64,000 nt of DNA from an uncultured Gammaproteobacteria bacterium (GTDB lineage: Bacteria; Pseudomonadota; Gammaproteobacteria; UBA9214), in assembly GCA_963827755.1 (NCBI GenBank), contig CAWHCQ010000044.1, forward strand, positions 35,087-99,086, in the 5' to 3' direction. Positions 32,099 through 42,367 of the stretch are shown here, piece after piece (the stretch's first letter is position 1; the number at the start of each line of letters is the position of its first letter). Below the pieces are notes generated by a model. The model saw nothing but the letters and a program-made list of their open reading frames with translations, was not told the DNA's origin and did no database searches. The translations under genes were made by a program, and so were the position numbers.

Positions 32099-32521
32099 CT
32101 AGAGAAGAAATTCAACCCTGTCGCCCAGCCCTTCCTTGAGTTTATCGACAACCACTTGCAGTGCTTCCTCGCTATAGGGCTTCGCCCTGCCCGCACCCCA
32201 CACCGGGGCAGGCCAGGTCTTGTCATTTCGATAGCGCACAACATGATGCAGGTGTAACTGCGGCACAATGTTACCCAGTGCTGCGATATTGATCTTGTCC
32301 GCGCTGAATACCTTTTCCAGGGCCGCAGCAAGAATCGATGACTCGCGCATCAGCTGCAGCTGGTCGCTTTCACTCAACTGGTGAATCTCGGAAATATTGT
32401 CCCGATCAGGTACAAGGATGCACCAGGGATAATTGGCATCCTTCATCAACAGCAGGTGACAGAGCCTGAATCGCCCCACGAGCAGGCAATCCTGGCGCAG
32501 CACCCTGTGCAGGGCCGTCAT
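32099..32521 (-). CDS. HIT domain protein
   Basis: LLMKDANYPWCILVP, KINIAALGNIVPQLHLHHVVR, WPAPVW. Confidence 0.92.
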   Translation of the reverse strand: MTALHRVLRQDCLLVGRFRLCHLLLMKDANYPWCILVPDRDNISEIHQLSESDQLQLMRESSILAAALEKVFSADKINIAALGNIVPQLHLHHVVRYRNDKTWPAPVWGAGRAKPYSEEALQVVVDKLKEGLGDRVEFLL

Positions 32522-32533
32522 CAGGATGGCATC

Positions 32534-33479
32534 CTATGCTGCGCTGGCCGCCATTGCCGGTGCGGTTTCCTGCGGCGACTCCTCGCCACCAAGCATGGCA
32601 AATAATTGTGGCAGAAATTCTGACAATTCAAGCGTCATCAGGGTGAAGTCCAGGTCGAAACGCGTGGCCGCATCGTCGGCAACCGTATCGTCTTCTGCAT
32701 CCTTGATAATGTCTTCAAATCGCAGCCGCTTGATGGACATATCTTCATGCAACACAAAAGACAACCTGTCCTTCCATTGCAAGGCCAGCTTGATGGCATA
32801 TTTGCCATTGCTGATATGGTTGCGGATCTCCCCGGCGCCCAGGTCCTGGTGCCTGCAACTGACAACACCACCGGTGGGGTCCGGATGCCTGAGTTCACAT
32901 TCAAGACCCAGTTCAAGATCAGCGGGCATGGCTTCGCCATTCAGCCAGCGGGTCATCACGGCTGACAACGACTGCTTGATACTGACAGGTGTCGCCGGAA
33001 ACCTGCCGAGCGTGGTGCGCAGCTGGCTGACAAGTGCTTCTGCCCTGGCAGGTGATGCGGCATCCACCACCATCATCTGGTTACGGACATCGATGTAGGC
33101 GTATTGATCGGTGATGCGCGACAAGGCATGCGGCAGAATATTGACAATAATGTCCTCTTTCATGCGCCGCTTTTCACGCCGGTAGATCTCCCGGTCTTCT
33201 GCCGCCTCGATCTCTGCGACCCTGTCATCCAGCAACTGTTTTACCACGCCTGCAGGAATGATCTTTTCTTCCTTGCGCGCACAGATCATCAGGTAACCAT
33301 TGGCCGCGTGCACCAGCTGCCTGCCTGCCCTGCCCAGCGGGGGTGTCCAGCCGGTCGCCAGCATGTCCATGCGCTTGCAGCCGTTGAATTCGGCGCTCAC
33401 GAAGACGCTCATCGAACACTTCCGGAGTGAGATCAAATGCTTGCCCAAGCCGGTATACCTGAAGATTCCTGAACCACAT
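32534..33479 (-). CDS. rdgC: Recombination-associated protein RdgC (frameshift near 33397)
   Basis: MWFRNLQVYRL, then +1 shift into GWTPPLG...EEKIIPAGVVK...LALQWKDRLSFVL...FDLDFTLM. Confidence 0.94.
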
Positions 33480-33819
33480 CGTTGAAATTTCCTCCTGCAA
33501 AAAAAATGCATTATGGGCAAATATACAACAACTGGCCAGCCTTGATGCATGCCCTGAATCAGTGCGCAGCTTTCTGCATCAGGCCCTTTGAAATGCGTCA
33601 GAAAAAAGAGGGGTTTTTTTTATAAAAAGTGTTGTATCATCCAGGCGTAAATCGAAGTGGGGGGCAATAATGTTATCCTGCCTGTTCGATTCAACAAAAA
33701 ATGATTGCACATTTCCCAGGTCATATTCAGAGTTTCCCTATACCAACTCCTGTTGTTTCCTTTCTAATTTGCAATTGTGTACTTTTTTACTGATGAAAAT
33801 TTATTACTAGAGGTGTTAC

Positions 33820-34023
33820 ATGGCTACAGGTTCTGTTAAATGGTTTAATGATTCCAAGGGTTTTGGGTTTATCGCTCCTGCTGATGGTGGTGAGGATGTA
33901 TTCGTACATTTCTCCGCGATCTCGGGAGATGGTTTCAAGACGCTGGTTGAAGGCCAAACAGTAAATTTTGATGTCGAACAGGGTCCGAAAGGTCTGCAGG
34001 CAATCAACGTAATCGGACAGTAA
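33820..34023 (+). CDS. cspA: Cold shock protein (CspA family)
   Basis: [31 protein letters not shown]; preceded by a long AT-rich leader. Confidence 0.95.
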   Translation: MATGSVKWFNDSKGFGFIAPADGGEDVFVHFSAISGDGFKTLVEGQTVNFDVEQGPKGLQAINVIGQ

Positions 34024-34046
34024 CAGGCGTTACAATCCGCTTTAAC

Positions 34047-34078
34047 AAAAGAGCCCCGCAGCAGCGGGGCTCTTTTTG
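34047..34078 (+). terminator. Rho-independent terminator (bidirectional shape)
   Basis: AAAAGAGCCCCGC-AGCA-GCGGGGCTCTTTTT. Confidence 0.88.
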
Positions 34079-34124
34079 TCCGGACTTTTTCCTGGCCCTG
34101 GCCAATTCACCCGAACAACAAGCC

Positions 34125-34622
34125 ATGGGACGTTACCGCCCACCTGTCCCGCATGCTTCTCCCTACATCACACAACAGGGCTACCGGGCACTGCAGGATG
34201 AACTGAAGGCACTCTGGAAACGCCGCAGCGGCGTCACCAAAGCGCTCACTGCCGCGGCAGCTGAAGGTGACCGCTCGGAAAACGCCGAGTATATCTATCG
34301 AAAGAAGGAACTGCGCGAGATCGACCGGCGCATCCGTTATCTGCAAAAGCGTCTGCCGGACCTTACCGTTGTCAGCGCCCCGCCTTCAGACCCGGAGCGT
34401 ATATTCTTTGGTGCCCGGGTCACCCTGGAAGATGACAGTGGCCAAGAGCTAAGCTACCGAATCGTCGGCGCCGATGAAACATCAACCGGCAAAGGCTGGA
34501 TCAGCATGGATTCACCCATGGCCCGCGCGCTGATGAAAAAGACCGTGGATGATGAAGTACAGGTTGATACACCCGCCGGCATGGCCCGTTACACCGTTAT
34601 CAAGGTAAGTTACGAAAACTGA
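34125..34622 (+). CDS. greB: Transcription elongation factor GreB
   Basis: YITQQGY, AAAEGDRSENAEYIYRKKELREIDRRIRYL, ISMDSPMARAL. Confidence 0.95.
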   Translation: MGRYRPPVPHASPYITQQGYRALQDELKALWKRRSGVTKALTAAAAEGDRSENAEYIYRKKELREIDRRIRYLQKRLPDLTVVSAPPSDPERIFFGARVTLEDDSGQELSYRIVGADETSTGKGWISMDSPMARALMKKTVDDEVQVDTPAGMARYTVIKVSYEN

Positions 34623-34648
34623 AACCCGCTTTTACAGGCAGCCCGGGG

Positions 34649-35069
34649 TTAGTCGTCCCGGTCCACCCTGCCACGCAGCACCTTGTCCCTGCCCCGTCGC
34701 GTTTTCCCGTCCATGCGGTTTTTCCTGCTGTTTTTTGTCGGCCTGGTCTGCAATACGTTTTTTCTGCGCATGTGCAACAGCCCTGATCAGTGACTGCAGA
34801 CGCTGCAGCGCGTCGTCCCGGTTCTTGTCCTGGCTGCGACTGGTTTGTGCCTTGATGACAATCACCCCGTCGCGGGTAATCCGCTGGTCATTCAGCTTCA
34901 GCAGGCGGTGTTTGTAGAATTCGGGCAAGGAGGAGGCCCTGATATCAAAGCGCAGGTGGATCGCCGAAGAGACCTTGTTTACATTCTGGCCACCCGCCCC
35001 CTGCGCACGGATGGCACTGATCTCGATTTCGTGATCGGGGATAAAAACCTGTCGGGATATTTGCAGCAT
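34649..35069 (-). CDS. arfB: Alternative ribosome rescue factor ArfB (frameshift near 34750)
   Basis: [18 protein letters not shown]; removing one base restores the basic tail [37 protein letters not shown]. Confidence 0.93.
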
Positions 35070-35101
35070 GTTCAGGACATGTCGATGTGGTTTTTGGCAC
35101 T

Positions 35102-35539
35102 TCAGTGACTGTTCGAACGCACCCAGTTGACAATATCAGGACCGCGCATCGCCCCCGGCTGGCGCGCAACTTCCCGGCCGTTCCTGAAGACAACCAGTGT
35201 CGGTATCGAGCGAATCGCATATTGCGAGGCTATCGCCGGTTCGGCCTCGGTATTCAGCTTCGCCAGGCGAACCCCGGGTTCCAGCTCGACGGCCGCCTGC
35301 TCAAAGGCCGGGGCCATCATCTTGCACGGACCGCACCAGGGCGCCCAGAAGTCCACCACAACCGGAACATCATTCCTGCCAATGTGTTTGGAGAAATTAT
35401 CAGAGCGCAATTCCAGCGGCCGGGCTGTGAACAGGGCCTTGCTGCACTTTCCGCAGCGCGGTGCATCATCAATGCGCGTCGCCGCTATGCGGTTAACAGC
35501 TGCACAGTGGGGGCAGACTATATGGAGGGAATCACTCAA
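35102..35539 (-). CDS. trxC: Thioredoxin 2
   Basis: N-terminal CPHC...CGKC zinc finger and WAPWCGPC. Confidence 0.95.
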   Translation of the reverse strand: MSDSLHIVCPHCAAVNRIAATRIDDAPRCGKCSKALFTARPLELRSDNFSKHIGRNDVPVVVDFWAPWCGPCKMMAPAFEQAAVELEPGVRLAKLNTEAEPAIASQYAIRSIPTLVVFRNGREVARQPGAMRGPDIVNWVRSNSH

Positions 35540-35679
35540 ACCATTTTCACCCGTAAATAATTAATTCACAAACAATCGACCAGCCCCTGCTACCGGCTTC
35601 GACTGCGCAACTGATGTTGATATGGTGGCATTGCGGAAAATTTCAAGGGGCCGGACAGCCGGGAAGGTCCGCCTGAATC

Positions 35680-35865
35680 TCAGTGCGCGCGGATTTTCGA
35701 TGCATCACATCGACTGCAGCGGTAGACGGTAACCAGGCGGCCCTGCCTGGAGTCGAATTGCCTGTCGTGCAGAATCTCCCACTTGTGGAAACCACGCTTG
35801 CAGAGGGTCTTGCCACGCGCCTTGTCTGCTGCTGCAGGCTTCCTGAACTGGATAATGTCGGCCAT
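35680..35865 (-). CDS. Small hypothetical putative Zn-binding protein
   Basis: MADIIQFRKP...LCKRGFHKW...YRCSRC (C/H/C/C ligand set). Confidence 0.7.
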   Translation of the reverse strand: MADIIQFRKPAAADKARGKTLCKRGFHKWEILHDRQFDSRQGRLVTVYRCSRCDASKIRAH

Positions 35866-35935
35866 TGCATCACCCTGGCAGCACGGGCGCTCCGGCTGCA
35901 ACTGCGTATAACCGCCTGCCCGTGAACGAAGGACC

Positions 35936-38900
35936 TTAATTCAATCGCGCCCTTTTTAATTTTGTCTTGAAGCGCTCGATGAGAGTTTCGACTTTCAATG
36001 CTTGCACCGGCTCACTGTCACCGGCATGATCGTTATTGTCGGCAATCGACAACCGGGCCTTGCTCCAGTTGATGATCTGCTGCGCAGATGCCATGGCAGG
36101 TTTCAGCGGATCGGCACCCAGCGTTCCGACCAGTCCCTCGAGATAGGCCTCGCTCCTGACCTGCTCAAGTTTTTCACTGGCGGTAACAAACCGGTCGCTG
36201 ATTTTCAGCCGTTTGACCTCGTCTGCGTAATCTTCGTTATCCAGAAACTGCATCAGGTTATTCACGTGCCGGGTCCACAAGGCGATATCGCGGGCCTGCT
36301 TGATTTGCAGGCGCTCGTGATACCAGTCGGATTCAAGCAGATAGGCAGAGGTAAACATGGCACGAAAATCCGGATGATGTGCATCCATTCCCTCGTATTC
36401 ACCCTTTGCCATGATATACAGCAGTGCTTTCAAAGGCGGGCAGGCATCCTCGATGCTGCCATCATCCAGGTAACGCTGCGCCACGCGCTGCTGGGCCTCG
36501 ACGATGTTATTGATACCGTCTACAAACACTTCGTTATCCTGGATCTCCGGCTTGAGGATTTCCTCGGTAAACACCGCACTGGGATTGTCAAAAATCTTGC
36601 CGAAGAACCCATGCACGAAGTGCCCGGTAATCCGGTAACCGAGACGACTGGCCAGCACTTTCTTGCCGTTGTGCTCGAAGTCTTCGAGTGCTTCAAGGTA
36701 TCCACGCTCGATCAGATAGGCCGGGTCGCGTTCCTCGTGGGAAAGACGGGCCCAGATTTCAGGGACCAGCAGGCTGACATCGTGGTCCACGCGTACATCC
36801 GGTCCGACAAAACCGGCTGAGCTGGAGAAGCCCGGATAGCCGGTGAGGATGAATGACACCAGCGCATTATTCAGGTCGGCGGTCGTACGCAGGGCGTTGA
36901 ACGGCCCCTTGGTCAGCGCCCCTTCACTGCCGGCACCGGTAGTCGATGGCGATTTGCCGGTCAGGCTGCAAACGAAATCCATGAACAGTTCCGGCAATTC
37001 CTGGTAATGGATCGGGTTGTACACGGAGAGCGGGCGAATACCCGGCTCCGGCGGATTGTTGCGCCGGCCGGTCAGTACGGCATCCACAGGGTGGCAGACG
37101 GGCGCATTCAGGTCGAGCTTGCGGTGCATGCGCGTGCTCATCTCGGCAAGGTAGGTGCGTGCCGGGTTAAGCAGGTCCGGGCGGGTCTGCAGGTAACGTG
37201 GATTCTTCGAGGGCGCACCATCGACCATGCGCGGGTGCGCCGATGAGACGACATAACTCCCATCGCCTTTATAGGCACTCTTTAACAGGGTCCGCATGGG
37301 CCGCGTAAACTTGTAAAACGTGTGCACATCCTCCACCAGGCTGGCCAGCTGCTGCCTGTCGATCGGCTCGTAGTTGGCAAAAAAGTTACCGGGCTTTGAC
37401 ATGTCCTTCTCGGTCTGGCTGTCGAAGCCGGGGTGAATGGCGTCATCCGGACGCTGGAACAGGCGGTACTCGCAATTCTTCACCAGCTTGAGGCTTTTTC
37501 CCTCTGCCGGCTCGGGGCCGCAACCATCAAGGCAATGCGCAGGCACAACAACCGAGGCGGTGATGTCATCCTCCATCTGCACCTTTTCCGTCGCAATATA
37601 ATCCTGACGTAATTTGAAGGTACGCCACTTGGCATCCTTGTCAAAACCGACACGAAGATAGGATGCAACAATATTGCGATCATCAAGCTTCAACTCGTGT
37701 GCAGGGGCACCGTCCACCTCGTCCACTGACAGGTGTTCACGCCAGTGCACGCCCCATTCGGGACGATAGAACCGCTTGATCAGGAATGCCAGTGCCAGGA
37801 TGCGCGGCGACAGCGAGGACAACCAGGTATTGTATTCATCGGTATAGGTCAGGGTCGGTGTCAGCAGCTTGATGACCGAACCCAGGCTGCGCTCCGGGCT
37901 CAGCGGCTGGCGGGTCGCATCCCGGTCGTCGTTTTCATGGCCGGGCTTGAATCGCTGCGTGTAGTCCTTCTCGTAGATCTCCTGCACCATGTCGAGGTCC
38001 CTGTCGAGGTCATCGATAAACAGCGGCCGGTAGATCACGGCATCGTTGAGTGACTTGGAGATCTCGGATTTACCACCGCCCGAGACGGTGCAAGGCTTGT
38101 GACAGAACGTGCCCTCCGAGTTCATGCCAACGAGGCGCCACGATGGCGCTCCGGGATGCTTCTCCATCTCGACCTTGTAGCCACTGGGCTGCATGTAGAT
38201 CTTGCCAGGCTGCAGGCGGATCTTTTGCTGCTCGCCATTTCGCTCCCAGGTGATCGTCTGGGCATTCAGATCCATGCGCACACGCGAAGGTACGTAGATG
38301 ATTTCCGGGTACTTTTTGTCAATGGCATAGCCTTCCGGCTGGACATCCATGGCATCCGCGTAGCGCGCAACCATGTCATCGAATGAGTAACCGGGTTTGT
38401 AGGCGCGGCTGTCAACGCCGAACTCCTCGCCGTGGTTACGGCGCGGAAAGGCCAGTGCACCGCCGGCATGTTCTTCCTCGGCCAGGCCGAAAAGATTGGC
38501 GGAATAACCGATTTGCGTCTTCACCTCTTTCTTGCAGTAACCGAAATAGTTGTCGGCCAGCAAGGTGACGATGACACCGGTTTCATCACGGGTGGTCAGC
38601 TTGAATGCCTGGCCGTCATTGTAGAGCTCGTCCTCTTTTTTCCAGCACATGCCTTCAGCACGCTGGCGTTTCGTCGCATTACGCCAGCGCGGCAGGCCCA
38701 CCTCCTTCTTCGTGATGCCTACCAGGTGCGGCGCGAGAATGACGCAGCCGGTTGTACCGGTCCAGTGTTCTGCATCGAGACCGGCATCAAATTCTGAAAG
38801 ATAGGGATTACCGCCATTACCAAAAATACTTTCCACGAAATCCAGGTTGCTGACCAGGTTGCCCGGTGCAAAGAAATGAATCTCCATGGTCTTTTCTGCT

Positions 38901-39550
38901 TCCTTGCCCGGAATTTCCGGACAGACAACCGGACGCAGCAGCAGGGACACAAACATGCGTGCAGGTTCCGGCAAACCCGCGGTAAAGGGGATGGTTAACA
39001 ATTCTTTCGGCGGATCAAGCGCAGCTGCCAGCATGTATGCCATGGTCCTGGCAGGCACAGCCTTTTTATCGCCGGGAACCGGAAGGCCGTCTTCGGTGAT
39101 ATGAAACGAGCCCTGGGTCGTGCGCCGGTCACTGGCCGGATTGTGGAGCACACCCTGTGCAACGCGGTAACTGGAAACGATGTCAGAATGAAATTCATCC
39201 TTGCCCATGGGCAGGGACAGTTCCCTCGCCACGCCGTGACGGTCAAGCACCAGGGTCTGGGTCGGAAGCGTGGGTATCTTATCGAGGTCGAGCCTGTCGA
39301 GATAGCGCTTCAGGAATTGCTGGATACGCAGATCGACCGGGCAGTGATAGTTCGACAACAGCCGGTTCTTTTCCCGGTAACTCTTCAGCAGGTCATGTGA
39401 AATCCCGAAAAAGTCTGCGTCCTTTACAGTGACGCAGGTCGGCTGACCTGAAGAGGCCAGCTTGAGGTTGATATAGAGCTGCAGCTTCCTGCGCTCCTCT
39501 TCCGGGCCTTCTGAAACCTTGTTCAACCCAAGCGTGCGGGCAAAATCCAT
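35936..39550 (-). CDS. PPi-dependent phosphoenolpyruvate carboxykinase (PEP carboxytransphosphorylase, EC 4.1.1.38)
   Basis: 1204 aa; GVLHNPASDRRTTQGSFH, NYFGYCKKEVKTQI, EEEHAGGA, CHKPCTVSGGGKSEISK, TGKSPSTTGAGSEGALTKGPFN, DHDVSLL, recalled from the PPi-PEPCK family. Confidence 0.88.
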   Translation of the reverse strand: MDFARTLGLNKVSEGPEEERRKLQLYINLKLASSGQPTCVTVKDADFFGISHDLLKSYREKNRLLSNYHCPVDLRIQQFLKRYLDRLDLDKIPTLPTQTLVLDRHGVARELSLPMGKDEFHSDIVSSYRVAQGVLHNPASDRRTTQGSFHITEDGLPVPGDKKAVPARTMAYMLAAALDPPKELLTIPFTAGLPEPARMFVSLLLRPVVCPEIPGKEAEKTMEIHFFAPGNLVSNLDFVESIFGNGGNPYLSEFDAGLDAEHWTGTTGCVILAPHLVGITKKEVGLPRWRNATKRQRAEGMCWKKEDELYNDGQAFKLTTRDETGVIVTLLADNYFGYCKKEVKTQIGYSANLFGLAEEEHAGGALAFPRRNHGEEFGVDSRAYKPGYSFDDMVARYADAMDVQPEGYAIDKKYPEIIYVPSRVRMDLNAQTITWERNGEQQKIRLQPGKIYMQPSGYKVEMEKHPGAPSWRLVGMNSEGTFCHKPCTVSGGGKSEISKSLNDAVIYRPLFIDDLDRDLDMVQEIYEKDYTQRFKPGHENDDRDATRQPLSPERSLGSVIKLLTPTLTYTDEYNTWLSSLSPRILALAFLIKRFYRPEWGVHWREHLSVDEVDGAPAHELKLDDRNIVASYLRVGFDKDAKWRTFKLRQDYIATEKVQMEDDITASVVVPAHCLDGCGPEPAEGKSLKLVKNCEYRLFQRPDDAIHPGFDSQTEKDMSKPGNFFANYEPIDRQQLASLVEDVHTFYKFTRPMRTLLKSAYKGDGSYVVSSAHPRMVDGAPSKNPRYLQTRPDLLNPARTYLAEMSTRMHRKLDLNAPVCHPVDAVLTGRRNNPPEPGIRPLSVYNPIHYQELPELFMDFVCSLTGKSPSTTGAGSEGALTKGPFNALRTTADLNNALVSFILTGYPGFSSSAGFVGPDVRVDHDVSLLVPEIWARLSHEERDPAYLIERGYLEALEDFEHNGKKVLASRLGYRITGHFVHGFFGKIFDNPSAVFTEEILKPEIQDNEVFVDGINNIVEAQQRVAQRYLDDGSIEDACPPLKALLYIMAKGEYEGMDAHHPDFRAMFTSAYLLESDWYHERLQIKQARDIALWTRHVNNLMQFLDNEDYADEVKRLKISDRFVTASEKLEQVRSEAYLEGLVGTLGADPLKPAMASAQQIINWSKARLSIADNNDHAGDSEPVQALKVETLIERFKTKLKRARLN

Positions 39551-39776
39551 ATAGACACTCCCAGTTTTATTCTCAAGCCCGACCGTTATGCCTGCTGCGG
39601 CGGGACGCGCGCTATTTTATCGAAACAGCGTTTTTACATCAGTGTAGTTAGCTGCGAAAGCTCCACAGGAAGAATAGATAAATTATGTATCTATATGTTA
39701 ATTATTGAATTAGAGGCGGAAAAATAATGCACCCGATTGACCGCAATGGGCCACAACAGGCGTTTGGCGTTCGATA

Positions 39777-40154
39777 TCAGTGCAGCCCGGTGAAGTCCAC
39801 GGCCACCTGTTTGCCGTATTCCCTGTCAAACACCAGCTCGATCGAAACCTCGCCGCTATTATCCTCGATCCTTACCTGCTTCAGCTCCGGTATACGAATC
39901 GCAAGGTAGCTGCACATGGCCGCCGCCATGGCCTCATTGTTCGTTTTCAGGGCGTGCAGCAGGTTTGCCGTGGCAAACTGGGTGCGCTGGTTCAGATCAG
40001 GATTCCTGATTTTCTCAGCGCCGACAACGATACCCTCATCCATCTTGCTGTCCATCTTGTCCAGGTAGGCCGCCTGGTGATCGGGTAACAACTGATCGCG
40101 GTTGTACTCCAGCTCTGCAATGCCATTCAGAAAAACGGCCATTATGTTACTCAT
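39777..40154 (-). CDS. Conserved hypothetical protein
   Basis: MSNIMAVFLNGIAELEYNR...YLDKMDSKMDEGI...CSYLAIRIPELKQV; start at ATG 40154 avoids overlap with the next gene. Confidence 0.75.
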   Translation of the reverse strand: MSNIMAVFLNGIAELEYNRDQLLPDHQAAYLDKMDSKMDEGIVVGAEKIRNPDLNQRTQFATANLLHALKTNNEAMAAAMCSYLAIRIPELKQVRIEDNSGEVSIELVFDREYGKQVAVDFTGLH

Positions 40155-40278
40155 AACTGTCCAGCCCCGGGAATAAACTCTACGTACATTGTACCCATCG
40201 GCATAGACGAGCACAGCCATTTCTTCGGCAGGGACAGCAACCATTGCCTGCATCATGGATAACCTCACACGCGTGGTG

Positions 40279-40491
40279 TTATTTTCCTGCCACCAGCAAT
40301 TTAAGCATGAGAATAACAAGCGGCGTGCCGTGCAGAAACAAATCCAGGATATCGACAGGTTTGACGAGCGTGCCATCAGCAAGCATCCCGAGCTTTTCCC
40401 AAAGATGCGGCTCCGGGGAAAACGGGGCCAGCGCCAGCAACACGGCCACTGGCAATAACAGGGAAAGCGGTATTTTATCCAGCCATGCCAT
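40279..40491 (-). CDS. Small two-TM membrane protein
   Basis: LALAPFSPEPHLWEKL...DILDLFLHG; AGGAG SD. Confidence 0.75.
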   Translation of the reverse strand: MAWLDKIPLSLLLPVAVLLALAPFSPEPHLWEKLGMLADGTLVKPVDILDLFLHGTPLVILMLKLLVAGK

Positions 40492-40600
40492 GGGTAACTC
40501 CTGCAACAGTCATTGATTTATACTACACGTTTTATTGAAATATCCGTGCCGGCCCGGGCCGGCTTTCACGAGGACACCCGGGATAAAAAACGGGATAAAA

Positions 40601-40987
40601 ATGAAATTCTTTTTTAAATATTTCTTCAAGCTCATTCACCTTGTTATCGGCCCCCTCATCCTCGCGTGGGAACGGCTGACATCACCCAAAGGCATGCAAC
40701 GCGACGCAGTTGCACAACAGGCCATCGACCAGCAGACCTCGCAGCTGCTGCTCTACCAGTTCAGGATGTGCCCCTATTGCGTCAAGGTCAGACATGCCGT
40801 CAAGCGCCTGTCCCTCAACATCGAGTCACGCGACGTACTGAGAGAGGCATCGGCACGTGAACAATTACTTGCAGGCGGTGGCACAGTCAAGGTGCCGTGC
40901 CTGAAGATCACCCATGACGGGGGAGATGAAACCTGGATGTACGAATCCGCCGATATCGTCCGCTATTTGCAGGAGCGTTTTGCTTAA
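40601..40987 (+). CDS. Glutaredoxin / GST-N domain protein
   Basis: LYQFRMCPYCVKVR, GGGTVKVPCL, WMYESADIVRYL. Confidence 0.9.
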   Translation: MKFFFKYFFKLIHLVIGPLILAWERLTSPKGMQRDAVAQQAIDQQTSQLLLYQFRMCPYCVKVRHAVKRLSLNIESRDVLREASAREQLLAGGGTVKVPCLKITHDGGDETWMYESADIVRYLQERFA

Positions 40988-40996
40988 TCGCCAGGA

Positions 40997-41371
40997 CTAC
41001 GGCCAGTGGCCACCCCCTTCAACATGACTGACAAGCTCGGCCAGGCGGTTTTCATCAACCATCAACAAATGCGGCACGCCCTCAAGTGCCGTGTTCTCAA
41101 TCCGTAGCCAATGGCGCATTGACACCCCGTCACCGTTCATACGGTCGTAAAGCCCCTGGTAGAAACGTACAAACAACCTCGCCTGCTCCCACGACAGGGT
41201 CCCCGCCTCGATCGCCTGCCGGCCACTGGAGAGCAGCCCGATATACGCGCAGTTCACGTGCAGCACACGCGCCAGTTCCGCCTGTAACATATCCAGCATC
41301 GTGGTGATCTGCAAGACTGCCTGGGTCAGTGCGCGCGGGTCATCTACTGGCTGTGTAATCTGAAACACCAT
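40997..41371 (-). CDS. Xre/MbcA/ParS-like antitoxin domain protein (DUF2384-like)
   Basis: HTH-like QAELARVLH; EQARLFVRFYQGL...MRHWLRIENTALEGVPHLLM. Confidence 0.65.
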   Translation of the reverse strand: MVFQITQPVDDPRALTQAVLQITTMLDMLQAELARVLHVNCAYIGLLSSGRQAIEAGTLSWEQARLFVRFYQGLYDRMNGDGVSMRHWLRIENTALEGVPHLLMVDENRLAELVSHVEGGGHWP

Positions 41372-41534
41372 GCCTGAGTAACTTTACCCGGGACAGTCAG
41401 ACTTGTAAAAAGCGACCGGGAAATGCCCTGGACAGATTTCAGGACCCGGCAGCAATCCGGACAAACACCGGGAGGTTGTTTATAATGTTACCAACATTCA
41501 GAAATATCGCATTCATCAGCAAAAGGAGGCAACC

Positions 41535-41762
41535 ATGTTTCTTAAAGAGAAAGGCAGCAATGATCTGGTTGAGGTACTCGACCTGAAAGAGCTGTTTGAT
41601 CCATTCAACAACGATCTGACTGGCCGCTACCAGCACGGCGAGGAGCCCCAGGATCCCGCGACTTTCAGAAAAGCGGACCTGGTATTTCCGTCCGGTGAAC
41701 CCCTGCCAAGATGCTGGATTGATGCACATTACCGTGATGACGAATTGCAGCGTCCATCCTGA
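41535..41762 (+). CDS. Small conserved hypothetical protein
   Basis: AGGAGG SD; DLVEVLD..ELFDPF...GEEPQDP..F.K.DLVFPSGEPLPRCW.DAHYR. Confidence 0.85.
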   Translation: MFLKEKGSNDLVEVLDLKELFDPFNNDLTGRYQHGEEPQDPATFRKADLVFPSGEPLPRCWIDAHYRDDELQRPS

Positions 41763-41876
41763 CGCGGTGATGCCCGGGCAATACGCAATTTCCTCCCTGA
41801 ACAGGGCGTAAAGGCTGCGCGCCTTACCCCGGCCGGCTACGCTGAAATGTGTCCGGCTGCAACGCCGGCACACCCT

Positions 41877-42245
41877 TCAAGCTTCCTCAAGGGCAACATA
41901 ATCCTGTTGCCTGAAGCGCGGTGTACAGATGCATAGAAAGATCAGGTCAGCATCGCCGGTGTTGGTAATGGACTGTTCAGTACCGGCAGCAATATTGACA
42001 ACATCCAGTGCCTGCACCTCCACCGGCGTCGCATCACCGACCCTCACCCTGGCCGCACCCTCGAGAATCACGTAGCGCTCGATGGTGGCTTCCAGCTTGT
42101 GCAGCCGTGTCGTAACACCCGGCTTTACGCGTGCCCGCGCGATGGAGCAGGTTTCATCAGCCTCGGTGTTGTGAAGCTCGGTGATATAACAACATTCATC
42201 TGTATAGAATTCTGTGTCGGCGCTGAAGTGTTCTATGTTTTCCAT
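41877..42245 (-). CDS. Cupin domain protein
   Basis: SIARARVKPGVTTRLH...ERYVILEG...QSITNTGDADLIFLCICTPRF. Confidence 0.9.
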   Translation of the reverse strand: MENIEHFSADTEFYTDECCYITELHNTEADETCSIARARVKPGVTTRLHKLEATIERYVILEGAARVRVGDATPVEVQALDVVNIAAGTEQSITNTGDADLIFLCICTPRFRQQDYVALEEA

Positions 42246-42367
42246 ACCTGCCTCACATACCGTAGCGGGTCTTGATAGTACTGGTATCTGTACCGGTCTT
42301 CGATCGGACAGGCCCGACAGAACATGCAGGGTCGTTAGAGGAAGAAAATAAATTTACTCGCGAAGAA

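Noticed and set aside
39777-40382. 201-aa version of the hypothetical ORF (also N-terminal extensions of the TPR, uup, DUF924 and quinone reductase ORFs)
   Set aside because: The extensions overlap neighbouring genes or promoter regions; internal ATGs match where the family sequences begin.
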